A DNA stretch of 64,000 nucleotides from the human T2T-CHM13v2.0 reference genome, Homo sapiens: the NCBI RefSeq assembly GCF_009914755.1, contig NC_060944.1. One strand, written 5' to 3'. The translations under genes and the position numbers were made by a program. The notes beneath the pieces were generated by a model, which saw nothing but the letters and a program-made list of their open reading frames with translations, ran no database searches and was not told where the DNA came from. This document shows, piece by piece, positions 45,587 to 59,900 of this stretch; within the stretch, counting starts at the first letter, position 1, and each line of letters starts with the position of its first letter.

Positions 45587-46550
45587 GGGCCAACTATGTA
45601 TGTTGTGGGGCCCAGTGCAAAATGAAAATGTGGGGCCCCTGTCAAAAAGCAGGGGGTAAATGCCATGAAAGGTACTGAAATATAAAGCTGTTTTCTCTCT
45701 TCCACAGTCTCCCTCTTGACTTGTCATCATGTTGTTTATTTGCTATTTAATGTTGCTCTAAGTAAACTTAAATTATAATTTTAAGTTCTTAGCATGAATT
45801 TTATCATTCATCTTTATATTGTGCAATGCCAGTTTTAAATGCAAATAAAGAGCTTTTAATGTGTGTGAAGAATCACCAAAATTAAAAAATTTGGATCTAT
45901 AGCTCATACATGTGTATGTATTTAATTCTTACCAGACCAATGAAAATGCTGCACAAAACTAACTTGACTGTTTTTGTTTTACTTATTCATATACTCAACT
46001 TCTACCAACATTCCCTAACTGGGGATTAGTGATGAATAAGGAAGGACTGAAAAGAAAAGAAAATATAGATTATCCTACCTTTTCCACTCTATGTCATTTT
46101 CAGCATATGTGGTTGGCTAACATAGGCTATGATAAGGTTTTTTGTTCATTCATGATTCATTCAATGCCATTTTCTTCTTTCTGCATTCAAAGCAAATTCT
46201 GGTGTGAACGGAAAGTTTGGCCTTTGGGGCTGTCAGGGCTGTTGCTTGATTTGTATGTTGTGGGTATAACATGCTTCGAGTCTTCCTGAACTCCTGTGCA
46301 TCGCCAGAATTCCGTGCTCATGGGCCATCATAACACTATACGCAAATGTGCAGCAAAGGAGAGCAGACACACAAATTCACATTTTGTACAGAACTCTTCT
46401 GCTTATGTGCATGCTCCGTGGCTCCATCAGACTTCACTTACACAATACAACTTAAAATTATTAACAGCAGAACATCCCACCAAGTGTGGGGCCCTTCTGA
46501 GCATGGTCCCTGTGCCACTGCCCATGGATCACATGCCCATGCAGCCAGCC
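45587..46550 (-). mobile_element. MER45B-like hAT DNA transposon
   Basis: Both MER45 terminal regions present in reverse (ggggcccagtgcaaaatgaaaatgtggggcccc; ggggcccttctgagcatgg...gcccatgcagccagcctg). Confidence 0.8.
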
Positions 46551-48688
46551 TGGCATGTACGTGGAGAAAGTAACAATAAAGTGATTCTGCACTTTTCATT
46601 TGTTTTGTTATTCTACCCACACTTGACTCCCTGGGAAATCTGTGGAATCAAGTGTGACATTTTGAGATCATTAACTACTTGACAGGGGAGGAGAGAGAAA
46701 TTTAAAGCAAATGTGTCAGAAGTCATACCTGATTAAAGATCAATCCAGAACAAAGATAAAGGCACCTTAGAAATTGCAACATCAGTCAAGAGCAAGATGA
46801 GATTTGAGCCCAAATATTTTAGGGAAAGGTCAGTTATGTCAAGGAACACAGAGCTGCTCTCTCCAAAGCATATTTAAATAAAAATATTCACGTTTTTTCC
46901 ACCTGCCACAAACTCTTTACACTGCCTTCTTTTAAAATGATATAGTTGATGTTTCATACCTAAGCTACGATGTTCAAACTTAAACAGCTTGGTGCCACAA
47001 TGGGGTTGTTGTTCATGTGAAAAATAATGCCTCGTTGTTCTATCAACAAAAAAGTACATATTATAATGAGTTAAATGTAACATGCCCTTTACACAACATA
47101 AAAAGTATTTCTTGCTTCGTTTTTATTACTTTTTTATTTTTGAATCTTTTAAAATGCATCACACACTTACTTTCCTCCTCAACAGTATCCAATTTAGCCT
47201 TTCGTTGAAGACTAAAGATTGTCAGGTTAAACATCAATTATGATACTTCCAACTGGATTCAACACGTATTTACTCAGGGAGCACTCACAGGGAGGCATTA
47301 TGCCAAGAGAAATGGCAATGCTATTCAGTGTTTATGATCCCAACTGGAGAGGAAAGGCAGATGCATAATTTCAAAATTCCTGGCAGAACACAGCAAGTTC
47401 CATTATATAAACCTAAACAAGTACCATGGGAACACGTAAGGATGGGGGAGGGAGAGTACATCATGGGAATTTGAGTGGGTCTTGAAGGATAACCTGTGAT
47501 GGTAAGAAAGGGTGTGCCAAGCTATGGAAGTCACAGGTTTGAGGCAGAAATCCATGGGTGTGAAATAGAGCAGGGTGTTTCACTAGAACCACAGGTCATA
47601 TATTTGGCAATATATAGAACAGTGAGAGAGAGTGGAACTAATATCTACAAACCACAGGGAGCTGTAGAAGGCTTGGTAAGGGAAGATGGCACCTGAATTA
47701 CACTTTAATGCAATAATGCATTTTGAAATGTGTAGGACTGTTTGAAACTGTCGTAGTATAGAAACTGTTGTACTATTTAATGTGTTCTTTTAACTGGTTA
47801 TTCTGTCACCTTTCTCTTTTGGTCTGCCAACTATCTCTTCTTAACGCTATCAAGGTATATGACTCTAGTAGCATCTACATCTAACTTTCTACTAAAATTC
47901 TGCTTCTAGTCTACTAAAAGCTTGGATACTAAATAACCAAGATTATTAGTATTATATTTAAATAAGTACACATAGGCTATGAGAAATAGACTGAAATTTA
48001 CTATTTTTCTAGACTGCTTACTATTTCACTTAGTGAAAAACAAGGATTTGCCTAAGACTAAAGCACATGGGTCTAGTATCCAAAAAAGATTAAAATTTCT
48101 AAAGGAAACTTCTGGTTAAAAGTAGAATTGACTGTGACTATTTCTTCTTCCTACCCAAATCTCATTAAAATGACAGTCAAATAATTTTAAGAAACAAATT
48201 CATAGACAAGGTCAAAAAGAATGAGAGACCATTTGTCATAAATGTTTTCAACACATTTTTGGAAGGTGAGAAATGGATGGAAGAATGGTAATTACCTTGG
48301 CAGAATAAAGCAAAGGGAAAACCAAATGCTTTCAGACAAGCAAGAACAGAGCAGCTTCACTCTGCAGGAGCTCTAAATTGCTCAGTGCTTATAAGCAGTG
48401 AGTATTTCAAGAGGAAGATGAGAGCAAGGCCCACTGTGGAAAAAGACATTTGTTGAAAGTCTACCACAGCACAGCTGAGCCCATTAAGTCTCCTCTCTCA
48501 TTGTGTGCATCCACACAACTCTTTACCAGCTTCCTGGAAGAAAGTTGAAGGTTTATTCTTTGGAGTAAATGTATTTGGGGAGCATGACCAGAGAAGAGCA
48601 TAGATAAAGCAAAGGTGAAGTAAAAGTCTACTATGGACACCCCCCATTCCCTTCCCTATGCTCCTTCCAGAACTCTCCCCTCACCTAT

Positions 48689-48689
<1 letters not shown>

Positions 48690-48734
<45 letters not shown>

Positions 48735-48736
48735 AC
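48690..48736 (+). repeat. (CA)n microsatellite
   Basis: About 19 perfect CA units plus a short extension. Confidence 0.97.
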
Positions 48737-49537
48737 CCTGGCAGGAGATTTAGATTTCTCTCCAAATAGTACAAAGAAAAGGCCTATAGATAATGACATT
48801 TACTTCCTGATAACCCTATGATGAAGTTTGGAGAAAAGCCCCATCCGTGATTTTAGAGTACCCAATCATAGTGTCTTACTCTTGAATATAAACATACCAC
48901 CAGCGATCTGCAGAGTCTCCAGCATGAATGAATGAAATCAAAAAGAAAAAAAGAGTAAATGTAGGAATTAATAAAAAATGTTAAAAATAGTATTCATGTT
49001 CTCAGATAAGAAAAGATATTGTATCATGCTGTTGTGAGTAATGAACACAGAGGAAAAAAAAAGAGCTCTTGAAAATAAAAAAATATAATTACTGAAATAC
49101 TTTTAAATGTAATAGAAAGTTGACAAGGTTGAAAAAATGTCCAGAGAGAAGAGGCAAACAGCAAAAGCAAAAAGAAACTAAGGAAAACAAATTAGAGGAT
49201 CAATCCAACCACCTCCAAGAGAAGTTGGAGGCAGACAGAACAGGGAGACAAACAGAGAGAGGAGAGAAAATTGTCAAAGAACTCATGCAAGAAAATTTTC
49301 CCGGAACTAAAAGAATAAATTTCCAAACTGAAAGAGTTCTCTGAGAGTCTAAGACAATAAAAGATGAAAAATTTACACCAAGGTGCATCACTGAGAAATC
49401 TCAGAACACAGTTAAAAAGAAGATCTTAAACGCTTCCAGGAAGGAAAAAAACACATTACATAGAAAAGAATACAAATCCAAAAGGCTTCTCAATAACAGT
49501 AAGTTTCCAGGGGGCCCAAAGGAGAATGAGTTTCAAC

Positions 49538-50083
49538 CAGGGCTGCTTCCTGGGTGTGCTACCACTGACATCACATAGGGCCCCGCATTCAGAAGGGGGC
49601 CTCACACTTGGCTTTAATGGTGTGGCTGCCATTTTGAAATTCTTAATACTTTTATCTTTGAATTTGTTTTGTAAGTAAAGACCAATAGCACAGTAGTGCA
49701 TGCCCTGAGCAGTCTTGGCTCATGCCCCGTCCTGCCCCCTGCCTCCTCTTATCTCCCAGGGATGGGTTCTTGGCTACCTCCTCCCCTAACGCCACCCAGA
49801 GATCACTGCTGCCCTGTGCCCGCAGTGGAAGAATTGAGGTTGGGCCAGCACATCCTACACACTTAGCTGCAAGTCAGGACTCTGATGCCTATGAAGGTCT
49901 ACACTCACCCCTCAAGTATGCCAGAGCCTGAGGCAGTATAACATTAACTAGGAAATTAGACACATCATGAAAGTTTGAGAGAGACCATCCTAGAAAGGAA
50001 AAAGCTTTTTTCCTGTTCTTTGTAAAAAAGACTTTTAAGTATTTATTTTGCATTGGGCTCTACAAATTATGTACCCAGCCCTG
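49538..50083 (+). mobile_element. MER45C-like hAT DNA transposon
   Basis: TIRs CAGGGCTG...CAGCCCTG; agggccccgcattcagaagggg and attttgcattgggctctacaaattatgta subterminal motifs. Confidence 0.8.
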
Positions 50084-51317
50084 ATGTCAATGTTTTCTGC
50101 CTAAAAAGTGAGATTTTTTTTTTGTATCTCAAAAATCTCAACTATGAGTATCACTAAAGATAAAAAGAGCAGGTACTCCTAACATTGGTTGATGTATAAC
50201 TACACCAGAATGGTTCCAGTGTGAACCCTGGGCCTCCCAGTTGGGGGATTCCCAGTTTCAATGAGTCTCTTCTGAGCCACACTCTGTCTACTGGATTTGA
50301 ATGCTGGCATCAGGCATCCAGCCAGCAATGATTTCTGATGAAATAAAACAGTTTCAGATAGGACTAGATGTTTCCAAGGGAATCCATGAGAAGATTTCCA
50401 GGTTCGATGTTTTTGATGTATGAATAGAGGCACCAGAATTCAGAGGGATTCTGGGGTTTTGTAACCTCAAGTTAAAGCAAAACCATCTCAAGTGGGGTTT
50501 GAGACCCTGAAAATGGCTTCCAGGAACGAGGAGGATTTCCTTCTCTGGGGAATTTTAAGAGGAATATTCTGGCTCACCTGGAAGGACACAGTTTTGACCA
50601 GAGGCAACAAGGTGGGGAGACCCAGACAGACTCTCTAAGCCCCTCCCATCTTGTGAGTCTCTGATTTTCAGTTTTTTAGACGCCGAGGTCATTGCCAGCT
50701 ATGAGAAGAGCCAAGTCTAGACCTTGCCCTTTGAAGTAAGCACTGCTACTTGCTTCACACAGCTCCTCATTCCCAAAGCATTTTATTCTTCCCTGACACC
50801 TTCCCCCTCACTGCCACCCCCAAATCTCAGACCTCACTGGATATGGTGACCTGACAACTGCCCTTTACATGGGGATTTGTATGGTAAATTGCCACTAAGA
50901 GGCCCCTGATCCACACCTTCCTCACCAATTTATGCTGTCGTGGCTTTCAGACAGAAACTGGGGAATTCACATGTGGCAGGCTTGGCGGTTCATCAGACAG
51001 GTTCTATTAACTTGGTCACCAGGTGGTAACCATATTATTTCATGCTTCTTGGTAACTTTTGTGCAACACAATTACCTTTGACAGTTCTTGAGTGGGACAG
51101 CAATTTTCAGCAAATGTTTTCGGTAACCAGAGGCCAGAAGGAAAGGAAATGTGAGTGCTTCAGTTAAGCTTTGAGTGTGGCTCTGACAGCTCTTCAGCAC
51201 CTCTGTCGTGTTATAAATAGGAATTTGGTGGAAATTTAGTACACATGGAACTTACAAAAGGGGGTTGAGCAAGGCTGATGATGGCTTCTACTGCATTTAA
51301 GAAAGCATTTGTCCTTA

Positions 51318-51918
51318 CGTTACCAGAAAAGGGTCCTGATCGAGACCCCAAGAGAGGGTTCTTGGATCTTGTGCAAAGAAGAATTCGAGGCAAGTACATA
51401 AAGTGAGAGCAAGTTTATTAAGAAAGTAAAGGAATAAAAGAATGGCTACTCTGTAGGCAGAGCAGCCCTTAGGGTTGCTGGTTGGCTATTTTTAGAGTTA
51501 TTTCTTGATTATACATGAAACAAGGGTGGATTATTTGTGAGTTTTCTGAGAAAGAGACAGGCAATTCCTGGAACTGAGGGTTTCTCCCCTTTTTAGACCA
51601 CATAGGGTAATTTTCTGACCTGCCATGGCATTTGTAAACTGTCATGGTGCTGGTGGGAGTGTAATTAGCATATAATGAGCAGTGAGGAAGACCAGATGTC
51701 ACTTTCATCGCCATCTTGGTTTTGGTGAGTTTTGGCCAGCTTCTTCACCACATCATTTTCTCAGCAAAGTCTTTATGACCTGTACCTTTTGCCAACCTCC
51801 TAGCCCATCCTGTGACTTAGAATGCCTGACCTCCTGGGAATGCAGCCCAGTAGGTCTCAGTCTTATTTTACCAGCCCCTGTTCAAGATGGACTTGCTCTG
51901 GTTCAAACGCCTCTGACA
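51318..51918 (-). mobile_element. MER41 (MER41B-like) ERV1 solo LTR
   Basis: gttaccagaaaagggtcc...gaccccaagagagggttcttggatc...ctggttcaaacgcctctgaca match MER41 termini. Confidence 0.88.
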
Positions 51919-54900
51919 TACAGTATAATAAGTCCTACCATGATGAAATTCTTCTGAGCTCCAAAATACAGTAGGTTGCAAGGATTTTCTTTCAGTAGGG
52001 TTTCATGCTAAAGATGTTTTGACATCCTTCACACCAATTCCTCATTGCAAAGAATGTGACATTCACGTCTTGGACTTGCTTGAATTTACAGTGCCTTCAG
52101 CATTCCTTGAAGATATCCAAGAAAGATGCAGTCCACCCTCCAAGTATTGATTTCTAATCTCAGGAAAAAGGTAAGCAGTCATCACAGATGGGCTGTTCCA
52201 AATCTGGTCTTACAGAGTAAGCAATTGAATTGCTTCTCCACACTCCTCACCATCACCACCATCACCAATACACCTACACACAAACACACATGCACACACA
52301 AATACACACACCCATGCATGCACACATATACATGCAATAGCCACTTTCTAAGCACAAAACAAAATACCTGCAGTCTCTAATCATACATCATAGGAAAGGA
52401 AAAGAGCGATTTGCCCACCAAATCATCAGGTATTAAAGGGATTGATCACACACAATTGGTAAATCTGCTGAGTTTAGGACTGGCAGAGTTGAACACGAGG
52501 TCACATGGCCACAAATACATCCTGGAGCATATGCTGTGACTTGAATCCCATTGGCCTGGTACACAGCAAAACTTCCCTTTGACACACCCAAGAGAAGAGT
52601 CTGGACTTTGCTCCCATTTCATGAACAATGTTTCACAGGCAAGCTTTCTTTTGATCTCCAGTGACTAGACACATGATATCATCAGCTCTAAATCAAGCCA
52701 CATTTTTACCCTCTGCCTGAAATGGTGAGGACAACGCCAGCTAATCTGTAACATGTTGCAGATAGCAACATCTCCTGGGACCATCATTTTTCACCTTCTT
52801 TATTTGTTTAGCAGCCACTTTGTCAATTAAAGCTGGTGATATTTTCCCCAGACTCAGAGAACAGAATTTTGATTATAAACTTTTCCTTCATATCTCATCC
52901 TTACCAAAGTTTGACATTTAGCCATTACTGATTTTGAACGAATTTTCTACATGTCTGGGGGCTTTGTTCTTGCCTTACATGTGATTTTTTTTTGTAGACA
53001 CCAATAATACAAAAAGTGATCTGCATAGGATATGATACAGAATAACTCAAGTAGACATGGCCTTTCTTCCCCCAAATGAAACAAGTGACAGTATGTCAAC
53101 CTTTCATAAGTGTTGAACATTCATCTTCTGCTTGGTTTAGATGATGAGAGGAGGGACACAAAAGCCAGGGATTATGTATGTAACCAAGTAGTCCCAGCTC
53201 ACGCTCAATATGAAAACAGTTAGGTTGAAGTCTTTTGCTTGATTCCTTTAAAAATATTAATAGCAGTCTGGAGTCCTTTTTTCTCTTATTATAGAAACAC
53301 AAAGTATGTCTGTTACACAAGCATGTCAGGAAGCACAAGCAAGCACAAAGGAGAACAAGAACAAACAACCCATAAATACTCCAATTTTTTCACCTGGCTG
53401 TCTCTACTACAGAGTCTGAAAAAGGCCAATACTATCCAGCCTCCTTGCAGCTTAGGTGGGCATATGACACATTTCTAGCTAATGAGACCTCAACAGGGAA
53501 AAACAGGAACAAACACAAAAAAACATCTGGGGAGATTCCAGATTCTCCCATCTTCCTTCCTTGATATAAGCTTCAGCTGCTGTCTTGAGACCATGAGACA
53601 GTTAGCCAGCCTAGCATGAGGAAGACAGCCAATATATTAAGGATGACAGAGTGGGCCTGCAGGCATCATTGCAACACCGAACCAATGCCAGCAACCTCCT
53701 ACCTCCAGATGTTTTATCAAGTAAGACAATCACTGCCTACTTATTTCAACGACTACTGATTGGGTTTTCTGTTATATGCAGCATTCTAACTGATACTCCC
53801 AACTATCTAACAAAAACTCCATCATACCAGTATACATTATTCAAGTGTGTTTGCTTTTTTTTTTTGCTTAGATTTACCTTTTGGTTATTTTTTTATTTTT
53901 ATGGATATATAATAGATGTGCATATCTGTGAGGAGTAGCTGATATTTTGACACAAGCATACAATGTGTAATTATCAAATCAGGGTAATTAGGTTAACCAT
54001 CACCTTAAATATTTATCATGTTTTAGGGGTTATAAGCCTTCCAATTCCACTCTCTTAGTGATTTTGAAATATACAATAAATTATTGCGAAGTCTTTTGCT
54101 TTTGCAGAAGATCAAATACATGTCTTTTTGCTTAAGCTGAAACATTACAAATTTACCACTGAAATCAACTTCAGTAATGATTTTACTCTTATAATGATAA
54201 TAATACATTATATTCTCATGGCACCTTAGCTTTCATTATCTCATTAATTGAATTCTCATTTTGGAAGTAAGAAAAATGTAGCACAGAGAGATTAAGTTGC
54301 CCAGGAAGTAGCTGGGGCTTAAATTCAAGTATTGTGACTACAAATACTTTCCTCTTTCAGTAATATTATGTGCTGAGTCTTCTTCAGTGAGTTCTAGCAA
54401 ATCTGCAGACCTACAGCTTGGGGAATGAGTAAACAGGAGCTGTCAGTTCTAAAGTCAGCCTAGCTATCAACCACATTGAGAGCAAAATTCATTTCTCAAG
54501 CAGGTCACCAAGACTGAGCATAGAGTTCTTCCAGAGGTAGCACTTGAATAATCATGTCATCAAATGTCATCGTGGTAGCAGAGAATAAGCATGCTAACTT
54601 TTCCCAGTCCTCCAGAAAAAGGATACTTTTGTCTTTCCTTTTCCAATTTCTTTTACCCATTTGGGAGAGTATGCCACAAATGTGGTTTTTAAATATATGA
54701 ACCGATGCTTTTATCCTAATAGTTAAGAACATGGCCTTTAGAATCACACAGAGCTGAATTCACATCTAGCTTCACCACTTACTAGGCATGACCGTTGGCA
54801 AGTTAACTTCTTGGGATTCAGCCCTCTTTTCCGTAACATGAGGGTAACGTAGTCACAATATTTCAAGGAAGTTTTGGGGACTAAATGAGAAAACGTGAGC

Positions 54901-55029
54901 TTGAAAAAGTGGGGCATATTTTTTATGTTCTCTGTGGTCTCTTCCAATTCTGTAACTCTGTAATAGGATTCAACAAACATTTCTTGTGGACTTGTAATGT
55001 GGCCTTATCTTGCATGATCCTCAGAGTAA

Positions 55030-55520
55030 CCCTATGGAGTTAAACCATCCCAAACCTTAGCAACTTGAAACAACAAACTTCTATCATTTTTCAAAATTCT
55101 GCAGATGAGTTGGTTGGTTCTTCTCATCTGAGCTGGCTTGGCCAGGCTCTCTCATGCATCTGTGATGAAACGGAGGAACAGCTGTTGGCTGGCTGTTCTA
55201 GGATGGCCACAATCACACATCTGGTAGTTGGATGGCTATCAGTGCTGCAGGATGACTAGCAGGTGTTCTCCTCCTCCCGCAGGCTAGCCTGGGCTGGTGG
55301 TTCACTTTGTGGTCACAAGAGAGTGAGAAAAAGTGTGCAACACCCCTTGAAGCCTAAGTTCAGAACTGACACATGTTCATTTCTGCCACATTTGATTAGT
55401 CAAAGCAAGTCCCAGGCCAGCCCAGGTATAGCAGGCGAGGAACTAGACTCCACCCCTTGATGAGAGGAGCTGTAAAGTCATGTGCAAGCCTAGGAAGACT
55501 CCGTGGCCATTTTAGCAGTC
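55030..55520 (-). mobile_element. MLT1-family LTR fragment
   Basis: cccaaaccttagcaacttgaaacaacaa...caaagcaagtcccaggccagcccagg...gactccaccccttgatgagaggagctg. Confidence 0.7.
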
Positions 55521-56925
55521 GATTAGGCTACTCAGCCAGTTTTCTGGAGCCACACATGTGGGCTGGCCTTCCCAAGTCTTCTCCGCCCAAAAAGCCAGAC
55601 AGAGTTTGTTTTTCCAGCAGGGCGCATATCGCAGGCCTGGGTGGGTTGTTTGTTTTTGTGTTTGTTTTGACTTTTAGCTATTTCCAGGATGTTTCTTTCA
55701 TGGAGGAGAACGACTCAGTTCTGTCTGCCATGTGTATTAAGATGAGCTACAAGAGAGCATTGCTTTCTTGTAATGCAAGAAATGCAATGTAGTCAGAGGC
55801 TCTGAAATCTGGTGGGGACAGCGGCAGCAGAGACTGTGACAGCCTCGGGACACAGGAGGCCACCTTGGTCTTCAGTCTTAGGTGCCTGGAGCTACCAGAC
55901 AGCCAAAGTTGCACAAGGCACAGGCATGACCTGCCAGGTTGCCCAGCCAGGCCAGGGATGACAGGGCACGTTCACCTCACCAGCTAATCAGAGACAATCC
56001 CCGCCTGAGGAATGAGCGGAACTCCCAGCCCTCAGATGACGCTGGGCTTGAGTTTTCTCTGCTAGCACATTTGGAGATTTCACAAGAGCCATAAAAGTTT
56101 GCAAAGGGCCTTGGAGTGCCTCATTCAATGAAATCACACCCTCCCTTCTGGACTGGGTTAAGGAGGGGTCACACACACCCGACAGGGTGCCTCCAGATGG
56201 GGGTGTGTAGAGGATGGGTCCTTATCCAGCTCCGGTCACTTCTCACCCCTTCCAAAAACCCACTGTGGGCCAGGACAAGGAGAAACAAGAGATCGTGACT
56301 GGCAGAGATATAGGAAGGAATGTCCCAAAAAGAGCAAAAAACTTGCTCTCATGTACTTTGCTGACTGAGCCTCTGGGAATGGAGCCTTCTCCTGAGGAAA
56401 TACCACAACATGGCTCAGAGGCGGAAGGCTCCGAGAAGGGTCCTGGCAAGTAGGGGAAAATGTCCCTTCAACGGCCTCTCTGACCTCAGGCAGAGCCCCA
56501 CTCAGTGACATTCCTGGGTGAGTGGGCAAAATGAGAAATTCCTCCTACAATTCTCTCTGCCCACAGAAGGTATTAAATGAGGTCCGGCAAGAGGCCAGGA
56601 TCAGGTAAGTCTAGAGGCCAGAAACCTCAGCCAGGCCTACCCAGCACTCAGGAAGAGCAGAGGCTCAGCAGCCCCTGAGGGAGGCACAGCTTGGCTCTTG
56701 GAAAATGGCCCTACTGGGCCTCATTCTCCAGGTACTTGGTTTTTGGCTCTAGAGACAATGCTGAGTTCAGTTCTCACCCATGTGAAAGTTTTCAAATCCA
56801 AAAGCCAGGGAGACGCCTCACACCATACCCAGACAGAGGGACAAGGAATAAAACTCACCCACTTCCTTTCTATGCGTTTCTCCCTGCAGGCTGCGGTTCC
56901 ACCGCTTCCAGGCGGCTGGATGGGG

Positions 56926-56964
56926 CCGCCCCACCCCCGCCCCGCCGCCCCCGCCCCCGCCCCC
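56926..56964. repeat. C-rich (CCCCG)n-like GC-box tract; G-quadruplex-capable on the minus strand
   Basis: ccgccccacccccgccccgccgcccccgcccccgccccc. Confidence 0.8.
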
Positions 56965-59900
56965 ACTGTGGTTCCTGCTTTCCTCAGTAGCAAAGTGCTT
57001 CAGATGTGAAGATGGCCCACCCGTGTCCTGTGATGTGGAGCTCCCCCTCGGGACTCAGGGAATTGGGCGTCCACCTCCTCACAGCATCACACCCCTTTCT
57101 TTCACCTGCAATTCCCATTCGCCAAGCATTGGCTGCGGGTCTCCCAGCAGACGGTTGCATCCTGACTATAGAAAGAAAGACATTAGGGATCCCAACAAGT
57201 GGAATCTATTCCTGCAGAATCCAGGACTTGGGAGGATTCCCAAACCTGACTGGGCAGCCAGCCCAGTTTCCAAGGTCATCACTAGGGCCAGCAAGCCCCT
57301 CTGTGGGTCCTCCCAGCCCACCGGGCTTCTGCGCACTTCCTGTCACTCCCCACTGAGGAATGCTCTCACTGGTAGTCCCTCTGCTTGTGGATGTCCTACC
57401 TTCTCCCTTTTCTCAATTGCTCCACCCAGACCGATTCCATCGTTCCTTCATTTTTTTAGAGAGCATTCTCTTTTCTAGTATTTAATTGACTTTTTGATTG
57501 TGTGACACCAATAGGACTCTCATCCTGATATGGGGAGAAGCATGACCTCTAGACGGCCAGGAAGTACCCTTGATCTTGACCTGCAAGCTCTAGGGGACAG
57601 TCTTAGGGACGACCTCAAGATTACAGAATATCTATATTTGCGCACACACACACGCACACACACACCCTCCTGCCTGGATTGGATTCCCAAGCCCAAGTTT
57701 TCCTTCAACACAACATTTGGAATTAGACTTTTCAGATCCTGGTAAAAGCATGCAATTAATTTAAGTAAATGGAGGCAAAGGGGAGGGAGGGTGTCTACAT
57801 AATGGGATGGAAAGTTGGTAGGGAACAGGTAGGGAGAGAGACTCTTCATGGGAAAGAGAGCTAAAATCAGAGATTCTCAGGAGTTAACAGAAAGATCTGC
57901 CTGTACAGATATCTGTACCCAGGAGAGGTTTTCTGGAATGCTGTCTTTATTCTCTCAAAGATCTCCTAGCCTCATTTGATAACATCCTATCTCCTGGGAA
58001 GAAAATGTGAGATTAGCCCATGGGGTCAATATGAAGCGTGAGGCAGAAGTTCCCTGAAGCCAAGTTCCCCGGCATCCTTTGCCTTCCTCATGTTCCCCGA
58101 GGGCCTTGTATTCCCAACGTGCCTTTCCCCTTGCCCACAGTGCTCGCGCCTCTCCATCTGTGTGGGCTATGTGTTCACTCCACACTGAGCACACTCAGCG
58201 GCTGGCATGATTCATGGCCACAGCAGGCCCAGAAATTGGTCCCAGTGGTCTCCAAGGTTTCTCTGGCTTGAAGCACATCGAAGGCCCTCAGGCTCCCCGG
58301 ATTCTGCTGAGCTCAGATCCCAGTAAGGAAATCCAGCCTCACACAGGCAAGCATGTCCAGTTAAACTGCTCCCTCCCCCACCTCCCCAGCCTCCTCATGC
58401 ACATTTACACACATTCACTAGGCTGGATGCCTAGAAACATCAACCTGCCTGATTCTGCCTCTTAAAACTGGTGTTTATTTTCGTTCAAAAAAAATTGGAA
58501 GGACAGTGTAACCACATTGTAGGTAATGAAGAAAAGAGTTAAAAATCATCATTCTCAGTCCATCTACCCTGACCCAATTATTTTTACTTCTGTTTAGTCC
58601 TGATTTGTATGCATATTGATTTTTAAAAATAGCAGTCATCAGAACGTGGGGAATTTGTTGGCTTTTTTCTCCAAGTCAGTTGCATTTTCTGACCTGTAAG
58701 GCCTTTGGGTGCTGGAGTTCACCAATGGCTGGCTGGCAGGACCACACCCAAACGCCAAGCCCCTGGAACCAGCTCGCAAGGCAATGGAGAAGGGCAAATA
58801 CTGTAGTGCCTCCATCCCTCCTGGAGCCAATCTAAGCATCCTTAACCTCCATGGGGGACTGGGGGGAAATTGAGTTGTCTCCCTGAGTTGAACACCTTTG
58901 GGTGTATCCAATGCCATGGCTCCAGCCCTGTTCCCTGGCATATCTACACTGGGGGAGGGAGGGAGGTCTAGCACACACCTTTTCCCAGCTGAGTGATGCA
59001 AGGCTGGTACCCTGTAGAACAGAGCCATCAGTGTCTCTGGAGAATGGCCCCTGGCACTGGAATCAGAGTGAGTGGAACACCAGATGCTTGTTCGCTGAGC
59101 CAACCCCATCAGTTCCACTGATTCCCCAAACCTACTGGGTTTTCCTAACTCAGCTTGAGGTTACAGGGGGGCAGCTGAGGATGGTGAGCAGGACCCAGTG
59201 GACTGACCCCACTGCTGTCCCAGCCTCCTCACATACAGTTGGTCTCTTTGGTGATAACACTTAGCTTCCTCTCAGTAGGTTAAAAAAAAAAAAAAAAAAA
59301 AAAAAAGAATGAAGAACAGGACTACTTGGCCGACATACTAGCTAAGAGAAACCTTGGAGGCAGCTGGAGGGCTACTGCCCATTTGACAGGGGCCATGCTT
59401 CCAAACACAAATATTAACCTTGGCAATCTGACTGTCTTCTGCTTCATGACTTACACAGTGCTTTTTGGGGTCATGTTTAAGTTGGGAAAGAGAGAGGTGA
59501 AGGAAAAAAGATACAAAGTCTCCTGGAACAACTGAGCTTTTGATTTCTAGAGAGTATTTAACTGGTACCAGTGTTCAAAATCCACCCTGGTTAAAGGCCA
59601 CTACTTTTCTGCTTTTCTTGGGCAGAATGGATTGTGTAGATAAATCCAAGTATCTCCTCCTCCTGGGGTCCTGAGGCTGGAGATAACAAAAAATAAAAAT
59701 GTCAACACCTGGATTTTTGGTAAAGATGGCAAAAGCACTCAAGTGATGACTAATCCCCATGACTTGAAACTGGGAACCTTGGGAATCAGCTTCACAAAGC
59801 AGGAAGATGTTTTTCTGCACCATAATCTTCCCCAGTTGAGCCCACAGCCAATGAGCCTGCATCTAACCCATTAGCGAAGCCAAATCCAGAAGATGGCAGA

